Assembly: GCF_006345805.1 (NCBI RefSeq)
Contig: NC_043010.1
Span: 62,806,001-62,870,000 of the forward strand
Source of the DNA: Octopus sinensis
Lineage: Eukaryota
Direction of reading: 5' to 3'
Length of the DNA stretch: 64,000 nucleotides
In this document: piece by piece, positions 12,907 through 27,769 of the stretch
How the letters are laid out: the number at the start of each line of letters is the position of its first letter
Numbering within the stretch: the stretch's first letter is position 1
The notes under the pieces: model-generated
The model's input: the letters and a program-made list of their open reading frames with translations, nothing else
What the model was told of the DNA's origin: nothing
The model's database searches: none
Position numbers and translations under genes: made by a program

Positions 12907-14630
12907 ATATGCTTCAACACACGAACTCATATAAAGAATCTTGCGAACCAAATCCAAAAACGAAAAGAACATAGGCAAATCAACAATAAAAACAAAAATA
13001 GGAAAAACAACAAAAGCCAAAAGGCTGTCACAGAAGATGTATTAAGTTGACATTGGAAGGAAGTTTAAGACGGAAAAAGGAGGGGAGGGTGACATTCCAA
13101 GCATGGCTTTTCATCAGAAAGAGGAAATGGTCTGGTGAGATGGAGAAGAAAGTCCAAGAAAAGCACATATGTTGTTATATGGTTGGAGGGTGGGCAACAG
13201 GAAGGGCGTTCAGCCACTACTGAACTATGCCTCATCCAATTCTGTCTGACCTAAACAAGCATGGAAAAGTGGATGTTAAAATGATGATGATGATGATGAT
13301 GATGATGATACACTTATAACAGGGTTTTTTTCCAGTCTGTGTCCACCAAATTCCCTCACAAGGCATTTGGTCAGTGTTGGTCTTTTGTAAAAGGCAATTG
13401 CCGAAATGAGAAAAGTGAACTTCTTGACCACAGGTCTAAGCAAAGCCTATCGTATATATATACATACACATGTATACTTATATATATAAGTATGTGTGGC
13501 TCTGATGAAGATATCACTGTGAAGGTCATTCTCTACATTTTCCAGTCAATCAATTGAGCAATAACTGCCAGATCATCTCTACTAAATGTATTTTTTGACC
13601 ATGTGTGGATTAATCAGCGAGTTCTTTACATTTTAGTAGAGATGATCCGGAAGTTGTTGCTCTTTGATTACTTTCGCAAACAGCAATAGGTTTCTTCAGC
13701 CGAATGCACATCGTTGATTGGTTAAAATTACCCAAACACGACGACTTTAACATGAAATAATTTCTAAAATATGAAATTTTGTCAAAAATATTGAAAGTTA
13801 ACCGTGTTCAGTGTGAGAAATTACACCAGTATACTAAGTTTTGAACTGTTTAGTGCAACATCTAGAAATAGCAACCAAATTCCCTCCAGACAGTGGACAA
13901 TATTGGTTTTGTCCTGAATATAAAAGATGGGATGGTCACACCATTGAAATACAAACATCACAAACTACCATCACCACCTCCTTCCCCTTCACATACATCA
14001 TCAAAACTGGGAACTGCTCTTACTACTACCACCACCACCACCACCATCAATCTTACACCACAACTGCAACCATTAACCATGACTACTACCACCATCGCTA
14101 CCACCATCTCCAGTACACCACATCAACTACTTCCACCACTACTACTACTTATACCATTACTTCTACATGCATCATCACAGCCACTATCTACCCTTGCCAC
14201 TACTACAACCATTACTACTACCATCACAACTACCTTCAACAATCTTTCCAAGCACACCACTTCAACTACCACCACCAATACCTTTCACTTGCTAATACAT
14301 CACCACCATCACCACCACCACGACCACCACCACCACCACCAACAACAACAACAACTGTAATATTTTCCAGAACATCACCACCGGTGCCGCCATCGCCACA
14401 ATCCCCACCACCACGCCGCCGCCAACACCAGCAGCCAACTATTCACCCAGACTAACTACAAAGACCTCTATTCACACATACACACTTCTTCTACTATACA
14501 CACCCACACACATGCATCATCATCATCACCACAACAAACATCTCTGCCACTATCACACACACACACACACACATTTCTACACCCACCATACACACACACA
14601 TACATCATCTCCCACCACGACCACACATTA

Positions 14631-14662
<32 letters not shown>

Positions 14663-15825
14663 ATATATATATACAGATATATATACACACGCATATATAT
14701 ATGAAGATATATATATATACACACATTAATACACATATATACACACACAACATATATATATATACACACACAACACATATATATATACACACACACACAT
14801 ATATATATACACACACACATATATATATATAACACACACATATATATATATATACACACACCATATATATATATATATATACAGATATATATATATATAT
14901 ATATATATACATACACGCATATATATACAAGATATATATATATATATACACGCATATATATAAAGATATAAATATACATACACACACATATATATATAGA
15001 GATATATATATATATACACACATATATATAGAGATATATATATACATACACACATATATACATACACACACATATACCCCCCCCCCGGACAGGCCTATAT
15101 CTCCCCTCCCGCCCCAGTGTATACCCACTCACTCAACCATACACACACACACACACACGTCCCCACCATCTCCTCTCCCAGGATTTAAACAAAACAACAC
15201 AGTTAGTCAAGGAGGCGGCGGTGGCGGCGACTGTGGTCTTAGTATACAACGGTGGGGGCGAACAGGGGTGGAGGAGGAGGAGGAGTGGAACGATGGTGGT
15301 GTGGGTGGTTAGGGTGTGTATGCTGGTAGCATGGAGAACCGGTGGTGGTGGTGGAGGATGTTGGCCATAGGTACAGGGGTGGCGGCGGAAGGGGAAAGAA
15401 GGTGGCAGGCGATACAGGGTGGGTGGTGGGGGTGGGGTGGGGAGAAAAATCTGGTTGAGGGAACAGGGTGGGGGAGGGCGTGTCATGTAAGCAGCTGTGG
15501 CAAGGGGAGGAGGTAACGGTAGTGGGAGGAGATGCGCTGTGAAGAGAAGGTAGCAGCAGCAGCAGCAATGGCAGTAGTAGTAGTAGTGGTGATTCTAGTA
15601 TGTGTGTGTGTGTGTGTGTAGCTATATATGTGTATGTGTGTGTGTATAGTTATATATGTGTGTATGTGTACACACAGAATATATATATATATATACACAT
15701 ATATATATACACTACACACACACATATATATATATATATACACACATATATATATATACACACAGACATATATATATATACACACAGACATATATATATA
15801 CACACACACACATATATATATATAT

Positions 15826-15856
<31 letters not shown>

Positions 15857-17059
15857 CACACACATATATACAGATATGTGTATACACACACACAAACACG
15901 CGAGAGTGTGGGGGTAGTGGGGAAAGTTAGTAATGATGGAAGATATGGCAAGTGAGGGAGATGGGGGGAACGGTGGTTTCATGGGAGTGGAGGATGGGGT
16001 GGCCTTCAGACTGGTAGTCATGATGATGATGATGATGATGGAGTGATATGAAGGAGGTGGTTGGAGTGGTGGAGGTGGTGGTGGTGGTAATGACAGAAGT
16101 GGAGGGGTGGTCGCCATGGTTGCACTGAAGTAGGCGGGCTGGGGGGAAGAGAGGGTGGCGGCGGCGGTGGTGGTGGCGTGATTTTGGAATAAACACAATA
16201 TAAAAGGCTTTCAACACCACTTCCTAACTATCCAACACTCATATATACACTGGTGTATATATGTATACATACATATCTTTATACACACACACACACATAT
16301 ATATATATATAAGCATACATGTATATATATATATATATATGTATACGAATGCACATATACACACACATACACATATTCCTTTATATCATCATCATCATAA
16401 TTTAATGCCAAATGAAGAGGCAGGAGTGGCTCATGTTGGCTTGGGCTGGACAGCCTGACAGGATGTGATGAATCAGAAGGACAATATCTTCTTCCAATGT
16501 CTGCTCTGGCATTGGTTTCTATGGCTCGATGCCCTTCATAATGTCAACCAGCTCACAGAGTTTTTCTTGTGGCACCAGCACCAGTGAGGTGGCCTTGAGA
16601 CTTGTAAGACTGAGGGCCTAAGGAGGAGAGTACTAGAGAGGGGGAGGGAGAAGAGAGAGTGTGTGTGTGTGTGTGTGCTGATGTGAAGGGGTAAAGTGTG
16701 AAGAGAGGAGGAGACTGATAGCTGTAAGAGGGTGGTAGTGGAGAGTAACAGAATAGAGACTACAGGAGGGGGAGTAAGGAGAGGAGAGAGGGCAGGAAAG
16801 AGATTAGTGAGAAAGAAAGAGACAGAGCGATAAGGGTTATAGGATAGGCTATGTAGGGGAAACAGGAGCCACCCCACATCATAAGAGTATGAACAAGTAC
16901 AGGGGAGGGGGAGACACAGGTAGATGGGCGTGGTGAGTATCTGGAGAGAGAAAGAGTGATGGAGAAATAGAGAGGTGTGTATGTAGGGGATGTCATGGGG
17001 GTTGGTCAAAGATGGTGAGCTGAGAGGGTGTTCAGATGGAGGCAGAGCTTTGAGAAGGG

Positions 17060-17380
17060 GTACTCCATCAGTTACAATAATGTGGGTTCAGCTAATCCAA
17101 TCAATGTAACAGCCGGCTTGCAAAATTAACATGCAAGTGGCTGAGTACTCCATAGATGCTTGTACCTTTAACATACTTCTCAGAGCAACCCAGCGTGATA
17201 CAGAGTGTGACAAGGCTGGCTTTTTGAATTACAAGCAGGACGCATTTTTTGCCAGCCGAGTGGACTGGACCAATGTGAAATATAGCATCTTGCTTGGTGA
17301 TTCATCTTGCTGCTAGGGATTGAACTCACGAGTTTACGATTGTGAGCTGAATACCCTGACTACTAAGCCATGTGCCCTCA
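17060..17380 (-). mobile_element. Degenerate tRNA-derived SINE, additional family
   Basis: Head on the minus strand reads catggcttagtagtcaggg...gagttcaatccc. Confidence 0.55.
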
Positions 17381-20149
17381 CTAGGAGAGAGGACAGAGAG
17401 CGGAGATGGAGCAGAGGCAAATGGAGAGCAATGAGTGCAGGAAGAGCAAGCTAGGGGTACCTATTTCTTTACTGCCCACAAGGGGCTAAACACAGAGAGG
17501 ACAAACAAGGACAGACAAACGGATTAAGGCGATTATATGGACCCCAGTGCGTAACTGGTACTTATTTAATCGGCCCCGAAAGGATGAAAGGCAAAGTCGA
17601 CCTTGGCGGAATTTGAACTCAGAACGTAACGGCAGACGAAATACAGCTAAGCATTTCGCCCGGCGTGCTAACGTTTCTGGGGTACCATACAGGTGGGTGG
17701 GGTGGGGGAGAAGAGTGTGATGGCAGAGAAAGTACCCCAGGTGGGGGGAAGCTGCGAAGAGAGGACAGCATGAGAAAAATGACAGGGGGGGAGCAGTTGA
17801 TGAATGCCTCAAGGGCTTGGTGGGGGAGGGGAGAGTGTAGAGATGGAGAGAGAAGATAAAAGCAGTGAAAGCATTATGGGAGGAGCACTGAGAAGAAAAA
17901 AAGGATGAGTATCTCAGCCATCAAAGCTCCCCTTGTTAATGTTCTTTCTGAGGGAGAGTGGGTTTTCTTCATGTTGTTGCCAGCTGTCACAGTAACTTGT
18001 GAGGTTCAGTCTCTTGAGCTCAGTTTTCACTACTTCATGCCATACGATAAAAAAAAAAAAAATAGAGAAACCTATTTGTAAATTTTAAGCTTGATCAAAC
18101 ATACACATGTTTCGGTAAATCAGCTGACAGAACTGCACAATCATTTGGTCAAATCACAGAATCTTCTTGATGCACCTCATCAGTGCTTTTAGCAAAACTT
18201 AGAAAGTATAACTTGAAATTTGCTCAATATATACACACATTTATATGTATATGTATTTCATCATCATCATCGTTAAACATCCATTGTCCATGCTGGCATG
18301 GGTTGGACGGTTTGATCAGGGCTGGTAAGCTGAGGGGATACATCAGACTCCAGTCAGATTTGGCATGGTTTCTACAACTGGATGCCCTTCCTAACACCAA
18401 CCATTCCAAGAGTGTAATGAGTGCTTTTACATACCACTGGCATAGGTGCCATTTGTGTGACACCAGTATCTGCCACGACTATTCTTTCACTTGGCTTCAT
18501 GGGTCGTCTTCTCAAGATAAGCAGAGGAAATGTTGGGTCTATTCTTTGTCATGCCAGTCCTCACAGCACTACAGCAATGTGAAAATGAAGTGTCTTGCTC
18601 AAGAACACAACACGATGCCCAGTCAGGGAATGAAATCTATGATCTGGTGATCGTGAGTACAACATCCTAACCACTATGTCAAAGAAGCACTGTGTGTCCC
18701 ACCCACACTTAACAAAAAAATTTCTCACACACCCTACCCCAAGAAACCAAACTACATCTCTTCTCTTCCTCACATTTCCTCTTTCATGCACTATACTTAC
18801 GCCCACTCCCCAACCCTGCCCTCTTGGCCCTTTTTCACCATATCCTTACTATCCAGTAGCCCCTGACCTGTGTTCCACCCACACCCTACCCCAACAAACC
18901 AAACTACATCTCTTCTCTTCCTCACATTTCCTTTTTCATGCACTATACTTACCGCCCACTCCCCAACCCTGTCTTCATGGGGCCCTGTTTCTCTGTATCA
19001 TTGCAGTCTGATAGCTCCTCCCCCACTCTATATACCCAGGGTTTCCACCACTCACTGCACTCCACCTTCCACTCTCTAATCATGTTTCTTTGGCAATATC
19101 CTGCCACTCATATTATGACCTTTGAACCTCAAAGGTATGCCCTGGCACTTGCCACCATCTATATCTCTCTCTTCTTTTACTTGACCATCCCATTTATATT
19201 CTGATCCATATCCCTTGTGAGTTTGCCCAGCACCTTGCCACTATCTCTATCCTGTTGTCTTCCACTCTCTCCTTCTCCTGCACTTCCCTCAGGTTGGGTA
19301 ACCATGTATTTCCTTTGTGGCAGCACACCTGTTTTCTGAACTCATTCCTGGTCTCTCTCTCTCTCTCTGGCCAGGAAATCTTGTACCTCCTCTACAGCAA
19401 GACACCTGTTTCTGCCTCACTATAACCTTTCATCATCCAACACAAGATCCCTTCCCCTCTCAAAAGATTTTTTGTCTTGCAAGGTACTTGGTGATCCTAT
19501 CAGTGTAGGTGCAACTTAAAAAGCATCCAGTCCACACTGTAAAGTGGTTGGCGTTTGGAAGGGCATCCAGCTGTAAAAACCTTGCCAAAACTGACCTCGC
19601 CTGTGCTAGTGCCATGTAAAGAGCACTCAGTCCATTCTGCTGAGTGGTTGGTGTTAGGATGGGCATCCAGCTGTAAAAGCCATGCGAAACAGACATAAAA
19701 GTCTGGTGGAATCTTCTGTCCGGCCAGTTCCTGTCAAACCATCCACCCATGCCAGCATAGAAGGCAGACAATAAACGATAATGATGATGATGATTAAACG
19801 AACATGAGTTACAAGAACTAACTCAAACTGACCAGAGACTTTAATTTAGACAACATAGACAAATACAAGTATATTATACACCACTTGACATAAATTCATA
19901 ATTTATGAAAATTCTCCCGTCTCTAGACGATGTATCGTAATTAATGAATGAGAAATGAGAGTAGCTTCATACAAAAATGGGGGATGAGACCAAGGATCAA
20001 GAATCCTCTAAAGATGACATGTTGTTATGGGTAAGGAAAGGTTTATCATCTAGAGATGAGGGGACAGCTGTGGACATGTGTTTCTAGCACAAAGGGTGTC
20101 AGATATTCGCATGTATATATATATGTATATATATATGTGTATATATATA

Positions 20150-20360
20150 TATAGTTAATCCAAACATGAAAAAACAAAAAGAAAACACAACGCGAGGACG
20201 TGGAACAAGTATAGTGTTACTGGACGCTCAGGAAAGGATGGAAAGAAGGAAGATTTAACGTTTCAAGCGGAGCACTTCGTCAGAAACATAGGAAAAGGAA
20301 AGATCCAAAGAAGGGAAGACAGAGGAAAAAAAAATCGCCAACAGTACACACACGGTCACA
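20150..20360 (-). mobile_element. Penelope-terminus-like fragment with minimal hammerhead at 20253-20289
   Basis: Minus strand: auguuu CUGACGA a GUGC ucc GCUU GAAAC GUU aaau. Confidence 0.6.
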
Positions 20361-21046
20361 CACACATATATATATGTCTCTCTCACACACACACATCATC
20401 ATTCAATGTCTGTTTTCCATGCTAGAATGGATTGGACGGTTTGACGATACCAGGTTCCATTGTCTGTTATAGCGGGATGCCCTTCCAAATGCCAACCACA
20501 TTACAGAGTGTACTGGCTGCTCCGTGGCACCAGGTGCCACAGCAGGCTCAAGCATACATATCCATGTGTATGAGTGTACACAAACATCCCTCACCCCCCT
20601 CCGTTTTCCCTCATGTGATTCCCATCTTTGCAACAAGTCCCTTCCTTTCCACAAATGGCCCCCACCACCGTATTCTTCCACAGTCTTCCTTTCTCTCTTC
20701 CCACATCATTTTTTCCTTTAATATTTCTGTTTCCCTTAACACTCCCAGAGAAGACCCAACCACTCCACGTTCACCCACCCCTAAAAAAGAAAGACAAACC
20801 CATCAAGATGTTGCTACACAGGGTTAATGCAGAATAAGGGTGGGTGGCGAAATGCTGCCGTTGGGTACATGCACTCCAACCCTTGGAAAGAAAATCATCA
20901 AAGAGAAATCTCAATTGTTATGAAGATATATATATATATATGTATATGTATGTGTCTATACATATATAATATCATATATATATATGTGTCTATGTATAAG
21001 CATGATCTATCTATACATTATATGTGTATATATCTATATATATATA

Positions 21047-21100
<54 letters not shown>

Positions 21101-21339
21101 TGTGTATAAGCATAAATGTTTGCATACTTTTGTGTATATATATGTTTATATGCATATGTATATGAAAATTATACATACAATTGTATGTGTGTGCATGTGT
21201 AGGTGTATATGTACGTATTTATGTGTATATATGTACTACATATATATGTATGTATATATATATATGTATGTATATATATACTTATATGTATATATATAAT
21301 ATATATATACGTATATGTATATATATATGTGTATATATA

Positions 21340-21375
<36 letters not shown>

Positions 21376-21630
21376 AATATACATATATATATATATAATA
21401 TGTGTGTGTATGATATTAAATACAAATATATTTATCTCCAGCTAGAATGATTAACCTCGCCCTCATCCTATCTCTCTCTGGAGATCATCTTATACCAGAC
21501 ACACACACACACATAGAGGGTGTAGGACGAAGGCAGCAGCAAAAAAAGGCACCGGGGGGGAGGGGGAGAAAAAAGTGTGGATGGATGAGAACAGCCTGGA
21601 GATAAAGAGATAGAGTGAGAAAGAGACTGA

Positions 21631-21664
<34 letters not shown>

Positions 21665-22491
21665 TGGTAGTTCTGTGAGTTGTCATGGGAAGGGTGGAGG
21701 GGAGAGAGAGAGGAGAGAACGAAGACCTTATTATAAGGGAGTGGTAGTGGTGGTGGGGGTGGAAGGAAGGAAAGTGGGGGGAGGGCGGTTGGAGAAACAG
21801 GTCATTGGCAAGGGAGATAATTCGGAACGTGTCGGGAGAATTAACTGAAAAGTTTTTTTGTTTTTTGTTCATCAAAGAAATTCTCTTGTGTTTAATTAAT
21901 TTTAGCACTTAATTAAGGAAGGAAGATCTGTAACAGTTAGTGTATAAATTATGCATACATTATTAGTATATACATAAATATATATAAATAAATAGATGCT
22001 GATTTATGTGTATTTCTATTCCTTGATTTGAAGCCTTCGAGTTTGCCCATGCTGGGGCACTGCCTTCAAATAATTACACACGGACACGCAAATATACATA
22101 CATATATATATATATATATATAAATGCACATGCATATAACATTTCTCTTTAATATTCAATAGTGTTTACGCTCGGGTATGAATAATTATTTGCATAATAC
22201 AAAATACAAGGTGTATATTTTTATATGCGTAAGGTTTCAATATTGTTTAATAATAAATAAGACCCGATTGCCGGTTGCATGGATATTTTTCGTTTAAATT
22301 ACATCACTGATGCTGTTCAGATATGGATGAACTCCACAGAATCCCATCTCGTTTGTTTTTAATAAATAAAAACTGCATGAAAGAAATATTGTGGGACATA
22401 TTGATCTATTAATTTTAAAATACAAAATGCGTTTGCATACATATATGTGGATGTGCATATATAACACGTTAATATATACACACACACACAC

Positions 22492-22538
<47 letters not shown>

Positions 22539-23266
22539 TTAAACACACATATACACGCTTTTATGTACGTGTGGCACATTTGTGTGTGTGTGTGTGTATT
22601 TGGGAAATCCTCAGGTGCTAATTTGTCTGTGTGTCTAGGTATATGAACTTAATAAACGTATATTGTGTAACGGCATATATGTGGAGATAGAGAGAGAGAG
22701 ATGGATGGATGCAGACGGACAGATAGGTGGATAGCCAAGAAGAAGAAACCTCAACCAAAAAGGAGACGCATTGAGAAATCAATAGACAGACATACGGCCA
22801 GGATGGATGTAGAATTAAATGTATGTCTGCCTGTGTGGCTATGTGAATTTTATCTAGCATGGTATAAGCATTATTTCACAGGGATTATTTAAAGGATGCA
22901 CGAGTATAACGAAAAATTTCACAGGCACTGGGCGCTTTAAACACAATGTCAGCGGATAACAGACGAAAATAATTAGCACTTTATACCTGACGTTGGTGTA
23001 TTTCACTAATTTCTTGCCTCCTCCATCGATTCACTTCGACCCGTGTCTCAAGGCTACTCGCCACTTTATGTTTTTTTTTTTTTACTTTTAGCCCCGAAAT
23101 GTCGGATATATTTTCCCCGGGACTTTTACACCGGTGCCCCCCTCCTCCACTTAGACTTTTCTTCCGCCCCCTAATGCAACTTTTAACGATAAGCAACCGA
23201 CTACACGCAATTATTTATTAGAAATCATCACGATCATTATTATTACTAATATTAATATTATTATTA

Positions 23267-23312
<46 letters not shown>

Positions 23313-24344
23313 CATTATTATTATTATTATTATTCGAAATAAGTGTTCACAAATAAGGATTTCTCTATTTGCCTCAAGAGGTTACCGAAATGACACTTGC
23401 ATCGATGATGAAAAGAAAATAGTGTGAACAGTATTTTAATAAAAAAAAATAATAATATATAAACAAAAGCATTTTTATTAAAAAAAAGAAATTTAATATT
23501 TTATATATCGATTATTTAGAATATAGTTTTATAAAAATTTATCTGCTCATAAATCCCAAAATGTGGAGTAGCAGCAATACCAGGCAAATTTAGGACAGGT
23601 GAAAGAAAACGAACTACCTCGTTGTGATTAGAGGTTCGTTGCTTTCGCTTCGATCTCACCTGTTAACGTGAGTGGAGGGGGGGGTGATCCATCGCCCTAA
23701 TATCCATGCCGGCGCACACCCGTTTAATCTCTTTATTATATCTATATTTATATGGGGGGATTTTTGGTGGGGTTTTGGATCTGATGCCTCAGATCTCTTG
23801 GAGCAAGGAAAAAGGTTACGGAAATGTGGGGTGGGAGAGACAAAACTGCTAAAAGTTAGAATTGTTGAAAAAAATAAAATGTTTATGTTTAGTTTAACAT
23901 CAGAATCGTAATTTCCGTTGCAGGGATCACGGAAATACAAAAATAAAATAAAATAAATAAATAAAATAAAAAAGAAAGACAAAAAAACGACTTTTTTTTT
24001 TCTTTTCCTAAGAGACTTCAGCTGTTTTGAACCCCTGTTGCTTTTCCTTCCTCTTATTGAAAGCTTTATTTTGAAGTTCTGGACTCGGTCCTTAAACTCC
24101 TTGTCCACCATACGACCTCTTTTTGCTATTGGCATTAAGCAGAGAAAATCGCACCATTTTTCAGAGGAATATGGCAAAACAATTCTCCCATTCTAGGGAG
24201 ACGCAGGTGACAACTAGGCAGGTCCTACATGGAAAAGTAAAGGCTCGTTATGAGTAGGCAGCTGTTGCATTAGGATGGTCATAGCTGGAATAGATTTGAG
24301 GATGGGCTGGCTTCATTAGTGCTGGCCTGGGGCTATACAATCAC

Positions 24345-24567
24345 AGCTGGCAGAAACGTTAGCAGGCCGGGCGAAATGCATAGCCGTATTTCGTCTGCCG
24401 CTACGTTCCGAGTTCAAATTCCGCCGAGGTCGACTTTGCCTTTCATCCTTTCGGGGTTGATAAATTAAGTACCAGTTACGCACTGAGGTCGATGTAATTG
24501 GCTTAATCCCTTTGTCTGTCCTTGTTTGTCCCCTCTGTGTTTAGCCCCTTGTGGGTAGTAAAGAAAA
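24345..24567 (+). mobile_element. tRNA-derived SINE family A
   Basis: agctggcagaaacgttagc...gagttcaaattccgccgaggtcgac...gtaaagaaa. Other copies at ~2310-2480, 8264-8700, 8826-9040, 17463-17680 (-), 26273-26510 (-), 29760-29950, 48010-48210 (-) and 49095-49290. Confidence 0.85.
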
Positions 24568-25027
24568 AATATATATACAATCTCTGACCATTGGTTGAGT
24601 ACATCTTTTACTTTCTACTTGTTTCAGTTGATAGACTGTGGCCATGCTGGGGCACCACCTCGAAGAATTTTAATCAAACAAATCAACTCCAGTATTTCTT
24701 TTTTTTTTTAAAGCCTGGTATTTATTCTATCAGTCTCGTTTGCTGAATTGCTAAGTTGCAGGGATGTAAACACACCAACACCGGTTGTCAAGTGGAGAAG
24801 AAAGACACAAAGGCACACAAACACACATTTAGATATATATAATCAAAATTGATCTGATAAAGCCATTTATTATTCTTCTGTGAACATCTTAAGCCACCCT
24901 CATAAAAAGCTTTTGACACTCATACCAGCTTCTGTCTTTGTATAGAACAAGGTAGACAGAAGTGTAGTGATGGAGGAGTCTCCACTGCATTTTTTCCGTC
25001 AATGGAGCGCTGTAAATTACTTGGCTA

Positions 25028-25214
25028 CAGGGGCAGACTGAGAGTATTAAGGGACCTCAGGCAGAACTGTTTACTGGGCCCCTTTGAATGCGTGTTTTAG
25101 TAGAGTTAACAGGTAGAGTGCGGGCCCCTCAGAGCGGACTGAGCCATCGGTCAATTGGGCACTGCCCGAGGGCCCAGGCAGTGCCCAATTGACTGATGGC
25201 TCAGTCCGCTCTTG
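25028..25214. mobile_element. hAT-type MITE with 8-bp target site duplication
   Basis: CTTGGCTA at 25020-25027 and 25215-25222; imperfect 15-bp TIRs caggggcagactgag / ctcagtccgctcttg. Confidence 0.8.
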
Positions 25215-25616
25215 CTTGGCTACATTCTTCTTCAGTGGTTTACACCCAGGGTCCATATGTTCCTTGGGGGTCCACAGAATATTTTGTTGTTGAAAATTAT
25301 GTGCAATTAATTGGTTACACTTCAACTCTTTTACTTGTTTCAGTCATTTGATTGCGGCCATGCTGGAGCACCACCTTTTGTCGAGCAAATCGACCCCAGG
25401 ACTTAATCTTTGGAAGCTTAGTACTCATTCTGTAGGTCTCTTTTGCCGAACTGCTAAGTTACAGGGATGTAAACACACCAGCATCGGTTGTCAAGCAATG
25501 TTGGGGTGACAAACAGACACACACACACATGCATACATACATACGTACATACATACATACATACATACATACGGAAACTGAAAGAAGCCCATCGTATATA
25601 TGTATGTATGTATATA

Positions 25617-25670
<54 letters not shown>

Positions 25671-27769
25671 TATACACATACATATATACGATGGGCTTCT
25701 TTCAGTTTCCGTCTACCAAATCCACTCACAAGGCTTTGGTCAGCCCAAGGCAATAGTAGAAGACACTTGCGCAAGGTGCCACACAGTGGGACTGAACCTG
25801 GAACCATGTGGTTGGTAAGCAAGCTACTTACCACACAGTCACTCCTGCGCCTATACACAAAATATTTTGACAATTTTTTAAAACAATTCTTAATAATATT
25901 TAATTATAAAAATACAAAAAAAAAAATTTTTTTTTTGACATAGAATTGGCTGAGGGTCAACCCACATGAAATCGAAACCAAAGGGGTCCATTGGACAAAA
26001 ATGGTTGAGAATCCCTGTTCTAGTTGACTTGGCCTTCACTTGATTTTAAATCTGTAATTTCACTGGCAGACTGGGTTGAGGAGTGAAACGGCCTTGAGTG
26101 AGTGGAGTCTTCCACTTGACACAAGAAGAGAGTTCAAGTGGGGGAGACCAACAATGAGTATGCATGGTGTAGAACTAGAGCTCACTCATAATCTCCATTG
26201 AAGGACCCTTTACAGATTTTATATGGTTTAGTGTAAGGACAGAGGACAGTATCCATATCCATCTCCAAGATCTTATTTCTTTATTGCCCACAAGGGGCTA
26301 AATACAGAGGGGACAAACGAGGACAGATAAATGGATTAAGTCAATTATATTGTCCCCAGTGGGTAACTGGTACTTATTTAATTGACCCTGAAAGGACGAA
26401 AGTCTAAGTCAACCTTGGTGGAATTTGAACTCAGGACATAGTGGCAGACGAAATATGGCTACACATTTCGCCCGGCGTGCTAACGTTTCTGCCAGCTTGC
26501 CGCCTTTCCATCTCCAAGATCTCTGAGACTAGAAGATGGAAGAAAAGAACGGGACACTTGACCCGTATAATTGTTACAGATTGGACTGCTAAAGGCCCTG
26601 AAGGGCTGGAGACCAGGTGGGGATGTTGAGCTAGATGACAAATTAAAACGGTAACAAGACTGAACACAAAATACAAAAGCCAAATGGGTTCCACCTTTTC
26701 TGTAGCCTTAAACTGTTTAACATCCCCCATGTAACATTTTCAATCCCAACCTGCCTCTAAGGCTGCTCTGAGGGTCAAGGATATGAATTCCTTGTTTCAC
26801 AATGATTTAGATTAAAACTTTCCTCAGAATTCCATCTTAATTTATGGGCCAAACACCAGCCTCACAACAATAGTTAGCTTTAAACATTTTTCATTATTAT
26901 CATAATTAATTAAAAGAAATGCAGCATATTTTAATTGAAATATGGCAGCAAAAGTGTTTAGCGTGATCTAATTTAAAATCGTAAATTTTCTATTAATTTG
27001 TGTTCCAAATATGTTTAATACTGACAAAATGATTTTGCCAAACTTTTAATTTACAAGATTGTTTGAAGCAAAGTTTTGTTCAATAGAAATATATTAACAA
27101 AAGAGTTAATCCTTTGGCATTTGGATTATTCTGTCAAACATAATGCTTATCCATTCCCATCATTTTGAATTACTTGTGCATTATGTTGTAGCTCTCAGAT
27201 TTCACTGATGTGACTGTTTATTTGAAGAATGGCATTGTAGGGTAGGTGCGAGAGGTTGGATCCTCCTGATATGAACACAAAACAGGCAGTATATTTGGGT
27301 AGGATTTGGCTGGATTAAATGCTCAAGGCTTAAGCCAACTCAATATCCTGTTTATCTTCTCATCATCCCTTCTGTGTTTCATCCACTAAGCTCTTCATCT
27401 AGTCCTTCTTCCCCCCAGTTTCCACCCACTGGAAATCCCTTTATTCTACATTTCCCCTATAGGCATGATCCACCTGAAATTCAATCTAGACATCCACAAT
27501 GGCAACCTCAATAGTCTAGCAGGGTCAGCAAATACTTTCATTTTCTCTCTCTCTTGTCACCTTTAGCATGAAGGAGGACTCTGTCCGAAATGAAGAACAC
27601 TCTATGTCCCATAGCAATGTCCCTGTAACTCTTTCTGTCACTTTTTCCAGACAACACAAATCTTGCCAAGACAAATAATGCTGTTTTGTATTTGTTATGA
27701 CTCATGCTGCTCAGCAACCCTGATGGCGTGGCAACCCCCCCCCCACTTTTGCTGGTGCCATGTATAAAG

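Noticed and set aside
13557-13664. 35-bp-arm inverted repeat
   Set aside because: Imperfect arms with a 36-nt spacer; most likely part of an old DNA-transposon remnant.
18728-18972. ~90-bp local direct duplication (similar case at 38190-38600)
   Set aside because: Ordinary slippage-type duplication in low-complexity sequence.
23656-24177. 173-aa minus-strand ORF
   Set aside because: Crosses poly-A/T tracts and has no recognisable domain; kept only as a possible regulatory or UTR region.
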